From contig OZ024744.1 of the NCBI GenBank assembly GCA_964016885.1, positions 122,264,001 to 122,328,000 on the forward strand: a stretch of DNA of 64,000 bases, given 5' to 3'. Position numbers and translations under genes: made by a program. The notes beneath the pieces are model-generated. The model was not told the origin of the DNA, ran no database searches, and worked only from the letters and a program-made list of their open reading frames with translations. The number at the start of each line of letters is the position of its first letter. Within the stretch, counting starts at the first letter, position 1. This document shows, piece after piece, positions 33,501-48,500 of this stretch. Origin of the DNA: Eledone cirrhosa. Lineage: Eukaryota.

Positions 33501-36500
33501 TCAGCCAGTCAATTTCATACTGCCTCAACACATTAACCAACCATCTCTCACTATCTCTCTTCACAACATCCATCACTACCTCTATTCCTCTCACCCAGTC
33601 ACTTTCATACTTCCTCAACACATGACCCAACCATCTCACACTATCTCTCTTCACAACATCCATCACTACCTCTATTCCTCTCACCCCGTTACTTTTATCC
33701 TTCCTCAACACATGACCTAACCATCTCACACTATCTCTCTTCACAACATCCATCACTACCTCTATTCCTCTCACCCAGTCACTTTTATACTTCCTCAACA
33801 CATGACCCAACCATCTCACACTATCTCTCTTCACAACATCCATCACTACCTCTATTCCTCTCACCCAGTCACTTTCATACTTCCTCAACACATGACCCAA
33901 TCATCTCACACTATCTCTCTTCACAATATCCATCACTACCTCTATTCCTCTCACCCAGTCACTTTTATCCTTCCTCAACACATGACCTAACCATCTGACA
34001 CTATCTCTCTTCACAACATCCATCACTACATCTTTTCCTCTCACCCAGTCACTTTTATACTTCCTCAACACATGACCCAACCATCTCACACTATCTCTCT
34101 TCACAACATCCATCACTACCTCGGTTCCTCTCAACCAGTCACTTTTATCCTTCCTCAACACATAACCCAACCATCTCACACTATCTCTCTTCACAACATC
34201 CATCACTACCTCTATTCCTCACACCCAGTCAGTTTCATACTTCCTCAACAGATGACCTAACCATCTCACATTATCTCTCTTCACAACATCCATCACTACC
34301 TCTGTTCCTCTCACCCAGTCACTTTAATACTTCCTCAACACATGACCTAACCATCTCACACTATCTCTCTTCACAACGTCCATCACGACCTCTATTCCTC
34401 TCACCCAGTCACTTTCATACTTCCTCAACACATGACCCAACCATCTCACACTATCTCTCTTCACAACATCCATCACTACCTCTATTCCTCTCAGCCAGTC
34501 ACTTTCATACTTCCTCAACACATGACCCAACCATCTCACACTATCTCTCTTCACAACATCCATCACTACCTCTATTCCTCTCACCCAGTCACTTTTATCC
34601 TTACTCAACACATGACCTAACCATCTCAAACTATCTCTCTTCACAACATCCATCACTACCTCTATTCCTCTCACCCAGTCACTTTTATACTTCCTCAACA
34701 CATGACCCAACCATCTCACACTATCTCTCTTCACAATATCCATCACTACCTCTATTCCTCTCACCCAGTCACTTTTATCCTTCCTCAACACATGACCCAA
34801 CCATCTCACACTCTCTCTCTTCACAACATCCATCACTACCTCTGTTCCTCTCACCCAGTCACTTTCATACTTCCTCAACACATGACCTAACCATCTCACA
34901 CTATCTCTCTTCACAACATCCATCACTACATTTATTCCTCTCAGCCAGTCAATTTCATACTGCCTCAACACATGACCCAACCATCTCTCACTATCTCTCT
35001 TCACAACATCCATCACTACCTCTATTCCTCTCACCCAGTCACTTTCATACTTCCTCAACACATGACCCAACCATCTCACACTATCTCTCTTCACAACATC
35101 CATCACTACCTCTATTCCTCTCACCCCGTTACTTTTATTCTTCCTCAACACATGACCTAACCATCTCACACTATCTCTCTTCACAACATCCATCACTACC
35201 TCTATTCCTCTCATCCAGTCACTTTTATACTTCCTCAACACATGACCCAACCATCTCACACTATCTCTCTTCACAACATCCATCACTACCTCTATTCCTC
35301 TCACCCAGTCACTTTCATACTTCCTCAACACATGACCCAATCATCTCACACTATCTCTCTTCACAATATCCATCACTACCTCTATTCCTCTCACCCAGTC
35401 ACTTTTATCCTTCCTCAACACATGACCTAACCATCTGACACTATCTCTCTTCACAACATCCATCACTACATCTGTTCCTCTCACCCAGTCACTTTTATAC
35501 TTCCTCAACACATGACCCAACCATCTCACACTATCTCTCTTCACAACATCCATCACTACCTCGGTTCCTCTCAACCAGTCACTTTTATCCTTCCTCAACA
35601 CATAACCCAACCATCTCACACTATCTCTCTTCACAACATCCATCACTACCTCTATTCCTCACACCCAGTCAGTTTCATACTTCCTCAACAGATGACCTAA
35701 CCATCTCACATTATCTCTCTTCACAACATCCATCACTACCTCTGTTCCTCTCACCCAGTCACTTTAATACTTCCTCAACACATGACCTAACCATCTCACA
35801 CTATCTCTCTTCACAACGTCCATCACTACCTCTATTCCTCTCACCCCGTTACTTTTATTCTTCCTCAACACATGACCTAACCATCTCACACTATCTCTCT
35901 TCACAACATCCATCACTACCTCTATTCCTCTCATCCAGTCACTTTTATACTTCCTCAACACATGACCCAACCATCTCACACTATCTCTCTTCACAACATC
36001 CATCACTACCTCTATTCCTCTCACCCAGTCACTTTCATACTTCCTCAACACATGACCCAATCATCTCACACTATCTCTCTTCACAATATCCATCACTACC
36101 TCTATTCCTCTCACCCAGTCACTTTTATCCTTCCTCAACACATGACCTAACCATCTGACACTATCTCTCTTCACAACATCCATCACTACATCTGTTCCTC
36201 TCACCCAGTCACTTTTATACTTCCTCAACACATGACACAACCATCTCACACTATCTCTCTTCACAACATCCATCACTACCTCGGTTCCTCTCAACCAGTC
36301 ACTTTTATCCTTCCTCAACACATAACCCAACCATCTCACACTATCTCTCTTCACAACATCCATCACTACCTCTATTCCTCACACCCAGTCAGTTTCATAC
36401 TTCCTCAACAGATGACCTAACCATCTCACATTATCTCTCTTCACAACATCCATCACTACCTCTGTTCCTCTCACCCAGTCACTTTAATACTTCCTCAACA

Positions 36501-39500
36501 CATGACCTAACCATCTCACACTATCTCTCTTCACAACGTCCATCACTACCTCTATTCCTCTCACCCAGTCACTTTCATACTTCCTCAACAGATGACCTAA
36601 CCATCTCACACTATCTCTTTTCACAACATCCATCACTACCTCTATTCCTCTCACCTCCCAGTCACTTTTATCCTTCCTCAACACATGATCCAACCATCTC
36701 ACACTATCTCTCTTCACAACATCCATCACCACCTCTATTCCTCACACCCAGTCACTTTTATACTTCCTCAACACATGACCCAACCATCTCACACTATCTC
36801 TCTTCACAACATCCATCACTACCTCTATTCCTCTCACCCAGTCACTTTCATACTTCCTCAACACATGACCCAACCATCTCACACTATCTCTCTTCACAAC
36901 ATCCATCACTACCTCTATTCCTCTCACCCAGTCACTTTCATACTTCCTCAACACATGACCCAACCATCTCACACTATCTCTCTTCACAACATCCATCACT
37001 ACCTCTGTTCCTCTCAACCAGTCACTTTTATCCTTCCTCAACGCATGACCCAACCATCTCACACTATCTCTCTTCACAACATCCATCACTACCTTTATTC
37101 CTCTCAGCCAGTCAATTTCATACTTCCTCAACACATGACCCAACCATCTCACACTATCTCTCTTCACAACATCTATCACTACCTCTAATCCTCTCACCCA
37201 GTCACTTTCATACTTCCTCAACACATGACCCAACCATCTCTCACTATCTCTCTTCACAACATCCATCACTACCTCTATTCCTCTCACCCAGTCACTTTTA
37301 TACTTCCTCAACACATTACCCAACCATCTCACACTATCTCTCTTCACAACATCCATCACTACCTCTATTCCTCTCACCCAGTCACTTTAATCCTTCCTCA
37401 ACACATGACCCAACCATCTTACACTATCTCTCTTCAAAACATCCATCACTACCTCTATTCCTCACACCCAGTCACTTTTATCCTTCCTCAACACATGACC
37501 CAACAATCTCTCACTATCTCTCTTCACAACATCCATCACTACCTCTATTCCTCTCACCCAGTCACTTTCATACTTCCCCAACACATGACCCAACCATCTC
37601 ACACTATCTCTCTTCACAACATCCATCACTACCTCTATTCCTCTCACCCAGTCACTTTTATCCTTCCTCAACCCATGACCTAACCATCTGACACTATCTC
37701 TCTTCACAACATCCATCACTACATCTGTTCCTCTCACCCAGTCACTTTTATACTTCCTCAACACATGACCCAACCATCTCACACTATCTCTCTTCACAAC
37801 ATCCATCACTACATTTATTCCTCTCAGCCAGTCAATTTCATACTGCCTCAACACATTAACCAACCATCTCTCACTATCTCTCTTCACAACATCCATCACT
37901 ACCTCTATTCCTCTCACCCAGTCACTTTCATACTTCCTCAACACATGACCCAACCATCTCACACTATCTCTCTTCACAACATCCATCACTACCTCTATTC
38001 CTCTCACCCCGTTACTTTTATCCTTCCTCAACACATGACCTAACCATCTCACACTATCTCTCTTCACAACATCCATCACTACCTCTATTCCTCTCACCCA
38101 GTCACTTTTATACTTCCTCAACACATGACCCAACCATCTCACACTATCTCTCTTCACAACATCCATCACTACCTCTATTCCTCTCACCCAGTCACTTTCA
38201 TACTTCCTCAACACATGACCCAATCATCTCACACTATCTCTCTTCACAATATCCATCACTACCTCTATTCCTCTCACCCAGTCACTTTTATCCTTCCTCA
38301 ACACATGACCTAACCATCTGACACTATCTCTCTTCACAACATCCATCACTACATCTTTTCCTCTCACCCAGTCACTTTTATACTTCCTCAACACATGACC
38401 CAACCATCTCACACTATCTCTCTTCACAACATCCATCACTACCTCGGTTCCTCTCAACCAGTCACTTTTATCCTTCCTCAACACATAACCCAACCATCTC
38501 ACACTATCTCTCTTCACAACATCCATCACTACCTCTATTCCTCACACCCAGTCAGTTTCATACTTCCTCAACAGATGACCTAACCATCTCACATTATCTC
38601 TCTTCACAACATCCATCACTACCTCTATTCCTCTCACCCAGTCACTTTCATACTTCCTCAACACATGACCCAACCATCTCACACTATCTCTCTTCACAAC
38701 ATCCATCACTACCTCTATTCCTCTCACCCAGTCACTTTCATACTTCCTCAACACATGACCCAACCATCTCACACTATCTCTCTTCACAACATCCATCACT
38801 ACCTCTGTTCCTCTCAACCAGTCACTTTTATCCTTCCTCAACGCATGACCCAACCATCTCACACTATCTCTCTTCACAACATCCATCACTACCTTTATTC
38901 CTCTCAGCCAGTCAATTTCATACTTCCTCAACACATGACCCAACCATCTCACACTATCTCTCTTCACAACATCTATCACTACCTCTAATCCTCTCACCCA
39001 GTCACTTTCATACTTCCTCAACACATGACCCAACCATCTCTCACTATCTCTCTTCACAACATCCATCACTACCTCTATTCCTCTCACCCAGTCACTTTTA
39101 TACTTCCTCAACACATTACCCAACCATCTCACACTATCTCTCTTCACAACATCCATCACTACCTCTATTCCTCTCACCCAGTCACTTTAATCCTTCCTCA
39201 ACACATGACCCAACCATCTTACACTATCTCTCTTCAAAACATCCATCACTACCTCTATTCCTCACACCCAGTCACTTTTATCCTTCCTCAACACATGACC
39301 CAACAATCTCTCACTATCTCTCTTCACAACATCCATCACTACCTCTATTCCTCTCACCCAGTCACTTTCATACTTCCCCAACACATGACCCAACCATCTC
39401 ACACTATCTCTCTTCACAACATCCATCACTACCTCTATTCCTCTCACCCAGTCACTTTTATCCTTCCTCAACCCATGACCTAACCATCTGACACTATCTC

Positions 39501-42500
39501 TCTTCACAACATCCATCACTACATCTGTTCCTCTCACCCAGTCACTTTTATACTTCCTCAACACATGACCCAACCATCTCACACTATCTCTCTTCACAAC
39601 ATCCATCACTACATTTATTCCTCTCAGCCAGTCAATTTCATACTGCCTCAACACATTAACCAACCATCTCTCACTATCTCTCTTCACAACATCCATCACT
39701 ACCTCTATTCCTCTCACCCAGTCACTTTCATACTTCCTCAACACATGACCCAACCATCTCACACTATCTCTCTTCACAACATCCATCACTACCTCTATTC
39801 CTCTCACCCCGTTACTTTTATCCTTCCTCAACACATGACCTAACCATCTCACACTATCTCTCTTCACAACATCCATCACTACCTCTATTCCTCTCACCCA
39901 GTCACTTTTATACTTCCTCAACACATGACCCAACCATCTCACACTATCTCTCTTCACAACATCCATCACTACCTCTATTCCTCTCACCCAGTCACTTTCA
40001 TACTTCCTCAACACATGACCCAATCATCTCACACTATCTCTCTTCACAATATCCATCACTACCTCTATTCCTCTCACCCAGTCACTTTTATCCTTCCTCA
40101 ACACATGACCTAACCATCTGACACTATCTCTCTTCACAACATCCATCACTACATCTTTTCCTCTCACCCAGTCACTTTTATACTTCCTCAACACATGACC
40201 CAACCATCTCACACTATCTCTCTTCACAACATCCATCACTACCTCGGTTCCTCTCAACCAGTCACTTTTATCCTTCCTCAACACATAACCCAACCATCTC
40301 ACACTATCTCTCTTCACAACATCCATCACTACCTCTATTCCTCACACCCAGTCAGTTTCATACTTCCTCAACAGATGACCTAACCATCTCACATTATCTC
40401 TCTTCACAACATCCATCACTACCTCTGTTCCTCTCACCCAGTCACTTTAATACTTCCTCAACACATGACCTAACCATCTCACACTATCTCTCTTCACAAC
40501 GTCCATCACGACCTCTATTCCTCTCACCCAGTCACTTTCATACTTCCTCAACACATGACCCAACCATCTCACACTATCTCTCTTCACAACATCCATCACT
40601 ACCTCTATTCCTCTCAGCCAGTCACTTTCATACTTCCTCAACACATGACCCAACCATCTCACACTATCTCTCTTCACAACATCCATCACTACCTCTATTC
40701 CTCTCACCCAGTCACTTTTATCCTTACTCAACACATGACCTAACCATCTCAAACTATCTCTCTTCACAACATCCATCACTACCTCTATTCCTCTCACCCA
40801 GTCACTTTTATACTTCCTCAACACATGACCCAACCATCTCACACTATCTCTCTTCACAATATCCATCACTACCTCTATTCCTCTCACCCAGTCACTTTTA
40901 TCCTTCCTCAACACATGACCCAACCATCTCACACTCTCTCTCTTCACAACATCCATCACTACCTCTGTTCCTCTCACCCAGTCACTTTCATACTTCCTCA
41001 ACACATGACCTAACCATCTCACACTATCTCTCTTCACAACATCCATCACTACATTTATTCCTCTCAGCCAGTCAATTTCATACTGCCTCAACACATGACC
41101 CAACCATCTCTCACTATCTCTCTTCACAACATCCATCACTACCTCTATTCCTCTCACCCAGTCACTTTCATACTTCCTCAACACATGACCCAACCATCTC
41201 ACACTATCTCTCTTCACAACATCCATCACTACCTCTATTCCTCTCACCCCGTTACTTTTATTCTTCCTCAACACATGACCTAACCATCTCACACTATCTC
41301 TCTTCACAACATCCATCACTACCTCTATTCCTCTCATCCAGTCACTTTTATACTTCCTCAACACATGACCCAACCATCTCACACTATCTCTCTTCACAAC
41401 ATCCATCACTACCTCTATTCCTCTCACCCAGTCACTTTCATACTTCCTCAACACATGACCCAATCATCTCACACTATCTCTCTTCACAATATCCATCACT
41501 ACCTCTATTCCTCTCACCCAGTCACTTTTATCCTTCCTCAACACATGACCTAACCATCTGACACTATCTCTCTTCACAACATCCATCACTACATCTGTTC
41601 CTCTCACCCAGTCACTTTTATACTTCCTCAACACATGACCCAACCATCTCACACTATCTCTCTTCACAACATCCATCACTACCTCGGTTCCTCTCAACCA
41701 GTCACTTTTATCCTTCCTCAACACATAACCCAACCATCTCACACTATCTCTCTTCACAACATCCATCACTACCTCTATTCCTCACACCCAGTCAGTTTCA
41801 TACTTCCTCAACAGATGACCTAACCATCTCACATTATCTCTCTTCACAACATCCATCACTACCTCTGTTCCTCTCACCCAGTCACTTTAATACTTCCTCA
41901 ACACATGACCTAACCATCTCACACTATCTCTCTTCACAACGTCCATCACTACCTCTATTCCTCTCACCCCGTTACTTTTATTCTTCCTCAACACATGACC
42001 TAACCATCTCACACTATCTCTCTTCACAACATCCATCACTACCTCTATTCCTCTCATCCAGTCACTTTTATACTTCCTCAACACATGACCCAACCATCTC
42101 ACACTATCTCTCTTCACAACATCCATCACTACCTCTATTCCTCTCACCCAGTCACTTTCATACTTCCTCAACACATGACCCAATCATCTCACACTATCTC
42201 TCTTCACAATATCCATCACTACCTCTATTCCTCTCACCCAGTCACTTTTATCCTTCCTCAACACATGACCTAACCATCTGACACTATCTCTCTTCACAAC
42301 ATCCATCACTACATCTGTTCCTCTCACCCAGTCACTTTTATACTTCCTCAACACATGACACAACCATCTCACACTATCTCTCTTCACAACATCCATCACT
42401 ACCTCGGTTCCTCTCAACCAGTCACTTTTATCCTTCCTCAACACATAACCCAACCATCTCACACTATCTCTCTTCACAACATCCATCACTACCTCTATTC

Positions 42501-45500
42501 CTCACACCCAGTCAGTTTCATACTTCCTCAACAGATGACCTAACCATCTCACATTATCTCTCTTCACAACATCCATCACTACCTCTGTTCCTCTCACCCA
42601 GTCACTTTAATACTTCCTCAACACATGACCTAACCATCTCACACTATCTCTCTTCACAACGTCCATCACTACCTCTATTCCTCTCACCCAGTCACTTTCA
42701 TACTTCCTCAACAGATGACCTAACCATCTCACACTATCTCTTTTCACAACATCCATCACTACCTCTATTCCTCTCACCTCCCAGTCACTTTTATCCTTCC
42801 TCAACACATGATCCAACCATCTCACACTATCTCTCTTCACAACATCCATCACCACCTCTATTCCTCACACCCAGTCACTTTTATACTTCCTCAACACATG
42901 ACCCAACCATCTCACACTATCTCTCTTCACAACATCCATCACTACCTCTATTCCTCTCACCCAGTCACTTTCATACTTCCTCAACACATGACCCAACCAT
43001 CTCACACTATCTCTCTTCACAACATCCATCACTACCTCTATTCCTCTCACCCAGTCACTTTCATACTTCCTCAACACATGACCCAACCATCTCACACTAT
43101 CTCTCTTCACAACATCCATCACTACCTCTGTTCCTCTCAACCAGTCACTTTTATCCTTCCTCAACGCATGACCCAACCATCTCACACTATCTCTCTTCAC
43201 AACATCCATCACTACCTTTATTCCTCTCAGCCAGTCAATTTCATACTTCCTCAACACATGACCCAACCATCTCACACTATCTCTCTTCACAACATCTATC
43301 ACTACCTCTAATCCTCTCACCCAGTCACTTTCATACTTCCTCAACACATGACCCAACCATCTCTCACTATCTCTCTTCACAACATCCATCACTACCTCTA
43401 TTCCTCTCACCCAGTCACTTTTATACTTCCTCAACACATTACCCAACCATCTCACACTATCTCTCTTCACAACATCCATCACTACCTCTATTCCTCTCAC
43501 CCAGTCACTTTAATCCTTCCTCAACACATGACCCAACCATCTTACACTATCTCTCTTCAAAACATCCATCACTACCTCTATTCCTCACACCCAGTCACTT
43601 TTATCCTTCCTCAACACATGACCCAACAATCTCTCACTATCTCTCTTCACAACATCCATCACTACCTCTATTCCTCTCACCCAGTCACTTTCATACTTCC
43701 CCAACACATGACCCAACCATCTCACACTATCTCTCTTCACAACATCCATCACTACCTCTATTCCTCTCACCCAGTCACTTTTATCCTTCCTCAACCCATG
43801 ACCTAACCATCTGACACTATCTCTCTTCACAACATCCATCACTACATCTGTTCCTCTCACCCAGTCACTTTTATACTTCCTCAACACATGACCCAACCAT
43901 CTCACACTATCTCTCTTCACAACATCCATCACTACATTTATTCCTCTCAGCCAGTCAATTTCATACTGCCTCAACACATTAACCAACCATCTCTCACTAT
44001 CTCTCTTCACAACATCCATCACTACCTCTATTCCTCTCACCCAGTCACTTTCATACTTCCTCAACACATGACCCAACCATCTCACACTATCTCTCTTCAC
44101 AACATCCATCACTACCTCTATTCCTCTCACCCCGTTACTTTTATCCTTCCTCAACACATGACCTAACCATCTCACACTATCTCTCTTCACAACATCCATC
44201 ACTACCTCTATTCCTCTCACCCAGTCACTTTTATACTTCCTCAACACATGACCCAACCATCTCACACTATCTCTCTTCACAACATCCATCACTACCTCTA
44301 TTCCTCTCACCCAGTCACTTTCATACTTCCTCAACACATGACCCAATCATCTCACACTATCTCTCTTCACAATATCCATCACTACCTCTATTCCTCTCAC
44401 CCAGTCACTTTTATCCTTCCTCAACACATGACCTAACCATCTGACACTATCTCTCTTCACAACATCCATCACTACATCTTTTCCTCTCACCCAGTCACTT
44501 TTATACTTCCTCAACACATGACCCAACCATCTCACACTATCTCTCTTCACAACATCCATCACTACCTCGGTTCCTCTCAACCAGTCACTTTTATCCTTCC
44601 TCAACACATAACCCAACCATCTCACACTATCTCTCTTCACAACATCCATCACTACCTCTATTCCTCACACCCAGTCAGTTTCATACTTCCTCAACAGATG
44701 ACCTAACCATCTCACATTATCTCTCTTCACAACATCCATCACTACCTCTGTTCCTCTCACCCAGTCACTTTAATACTTCCTCAACACATGACCTAACCAT
44801 CTCACACTATCTCTCTTCACAACGTCCATCACGACCTCTATTCCTCTCACCCAGTCACTTTCATACTTCCTCAACACATGACCCAACCATCTCACACTAT
44901 CTCTCTTCACAACATCCATCACTACCTCTATTCCTCTCAGCCAGTCACTTTCATACTTCCTCAACACATGACCCAACCATCTCACACTATCTCTCTTCAC
45001 AACATCCATCACTACCTCTATTCCTCTCACCCAGTCACTTTTATCCTTACTCAACACATGACCTAACCATCTCAAACTATCTCTCTTCACAACATCCATC
45101 ACTACCTCTATTCCTCTCACCCAGTCACTTTTATACTTCCTCAACACATGACCCAACCATCTCACACTATCTCTCTTCACAATATCCATCACTACCTCTA
45201 TTCCTCTCACCCAGTCACTTTTATCCTTCCTCAACACATGACCCAACCATCTCACACTCTCTCTCTTCACAACATCCATCACTACCTCTGTTCCTCTCAC
45301 CCAGTCACTTTCATACTTCCTCAACACATGACCTAACCATCTCACACTATCTCTCTTCACAACATCCATCACTACATTTATTCCTCTCAGCCAGTCAATT
45401 TCATACTGCCTCAACACATGACCCAACCATCTCTCACTATCTCTCTTCACAACATCCATCACTACCTCTATTCCTCTCACCCAGTCACTTTCATACTTCC

Positions 45501-48500
45501 TCAACACATGACCCAACCATCTCACACTATCTCTCTTCACAACATCCATCACTACCTCTATTCCTCTCACCCCGTTACTTTTATTCTTCCTCAACACATG
45601 ACCTAACCATCTCACACTATCTCTCTTCACAACATCCATCACTACCTCTATTCCTCTCATCCAGTCACTTTTATACTTCCTCAACACATGACCCAACCAT
45701 CTCACACTATCTCTCTTCACAACATCCATCACTACCTCTATTCCTCTCACCCAGTCACTTTCATACTTCCTCAACACATGACCCAATCATCTCACACTAT
45801 CTCTCTTCACAATATCCATCACTACCTCTATTCCTCTCACCCAGTCACTTTTATCCTTCCTCAACACATGACCTAACCATCTGACACTATCTCTCTTCAC
45901 AACATCCATCACTACATCTGTTCCTCTCACCCAGTCACTTTTATACTTCCTCAACACATGACCCAACCATCTCACACTATCTCTCTTCACAACATCCATC
46001 ACTACCTCGGTTCCTCTCAACCAGTCACTTTTATCCTTCCTCAACACATAACCCAACCATCTCACACTATCTCTCTTCACAACATCCATCACTACCTCTA
46101 TTCCTCACACCCAGTCAGTTTCATACTTCCTCAACAGATGACCTAACCATCTCACATTATCTCTCTTCACAACATCCATCACTACCTCTGTTCCTCTCAC
46201 CCAGTCACTTTAATACTTCCTCAACACATGACCTAACCATCTCACACTATCTCTCTTCACAACGTCCATCACTACCTCTATTCCTCTCACCCCGTTACTT
46301 TTATTCTTCCTCAACACATGACCTAACCATCTCACACTATCTCTCTTCACAACATCCATCACTACCTCTATTCCTCTCATCCAGTCACTTTTATACTTCC
46401 TCAACACATGACCCAACCATCTCACACTATCTCTCTTCACAACATCCATCACTACCTCTATTCCTCTCACCCAGTCACTTTCATACTTCCTCAACACATG
46501 ACCCAATCATCTCACACTATCTCTCTTCACAATATCCATCACTACCTCTATTCCTCTCACCCAGTCACTTTTATCCTTCCTCAACACATGACCTAACCAT
46601 CTGACACTATCTCTCTTCACAACATCCATCACTACATCTGTTCCTCTCACCCAGTCACTTTTATACTTCCTCAACACATGACACAACCATCTCACACTAT
46701 CTCTCTTCACAACATCCATCACTACCTCGGTTCCTCTCAACCAGTCACTTTTATCCTTCCTCAACACATAACCCAACCATCTCACACTATCTCTCTTCAC
46801 AACATCCATCACTACCTCTATTCCTCACACCCAGTCAGTTTCATACTTCCTCAACAGATGACCTAACCATCTCACATTATCTCTCTTCACAACATCCATC
46901 ACTACCTCTGTTCCTCTCACCCAGTCACTTTAATACTTCCTCAACACATGACCTAACCATCTCACACTATCTCTCTTCACAACGTCCATCACTACCTCTA
47001 TTCCTCTCACCCAGTCACTTTCATACTTCCTCAACAGATGACCTAACCATCTCACACTATCTCTCTTCACAACATCCATCACTACATTTATTCCTCTCAG
47101 CCAGTCAATTTCATACTGCCTCAACACATGACCCAACCATCTCTCACTATCTCTCTTCACAACATCCATCACTACCTCTATTCCTCTCACCCAGTCACTT
47201 TCATACTTCCTCAACACATGACCCAACCATCTCACACTATCTCTCTTCACAACATCCATCACTACCTCTATTCCTCTCACCCCGTTACTTTTATTCTTCC
47301 TCAACACATGACCTAACCATCTCACACTATCTCTCTTCACAACATCCATCACTACCTCTATTCCTCTCATCCAGTCACTTTTATACTTCCTCAACACATG
47401 ACCCAACCATCTCACACTATCTCTCTTCACAACATCCATCACTACCTCTATTCCTCTCACCCAGTCACTTTCATACTTCCTCAACACATGACCCAATCAT
47501 CTCACACTATCTCTCTTCACAATATCCATCACTACCTCTATTCCTCTCACCCAGTCACTTTTATCCTTCCTCAACACATGACCTAACCATCTGACACTAT
47601 CTCTCTTCACAACATCCATCACTACATCTGTTCCTCTCACCCAGTCACTTTTATACTTCCTCAACACATGACCCAACCATCTCACACTATCTCTCTTCAC
47701 AACATCCATCACTACCTCGGTTCCTCTCAACCAGTCACTTTTATCCTTCCTCAACACATAACCCAACCATCTCACACTATCTCTCTTCACAACATCCATC
47801 ACTACCTCTATTCCTCACACCCAGTCAGTTTCATACTTCCTCAACAGATGACCTAACCATCTCACATTATCTCTCTTCACAACATCCATCACTACCTCTG
47901 TTCCTCTCACCCAGTCACTTTAATACTTCCTCAACACATGACCTAACCATCTCACACTATCTCTCTTCACAACGTCCATCACTACCTCTATTCCTCTCAC
48001 CCCGTTACTTTTATTCTTCCTCAACACATGACCTAACCATCTCACACTATCTCTCTTCACAACATCCATCACTACCTCTATTCCTCTCATCCAGTCACTT
48101 TTATACTTCCTCAACACATGACCCAACCATCTCACACTATCTCTCTTCACAACATCCATCACTACCTCTATTCCTCTCACCCAGTCACTTTCATACTTCC
48201 TCAACACATGACCCAATCATCTCACACTATCTCTCTTCACAATATCCATCACTACCTCTATTCCTCTCACCCAGTCACTTTTATCCTTCCTCAACACATG
48301 ACCTAACCATCTGACACTATCTCTCTTCACAACATCCATCACTACATCTGTTCCTCTCACCCAGTCACTTTTATACTTCCTCAACACATGACACAACCAT
48401 CTCACACTATCTCTCTTCACAACATCCATCACTACCTCGGTTCCTCTCAACCAGTCACTTTTATCCTTCCTCAACACATAACCCAACCATCTCACACTAT

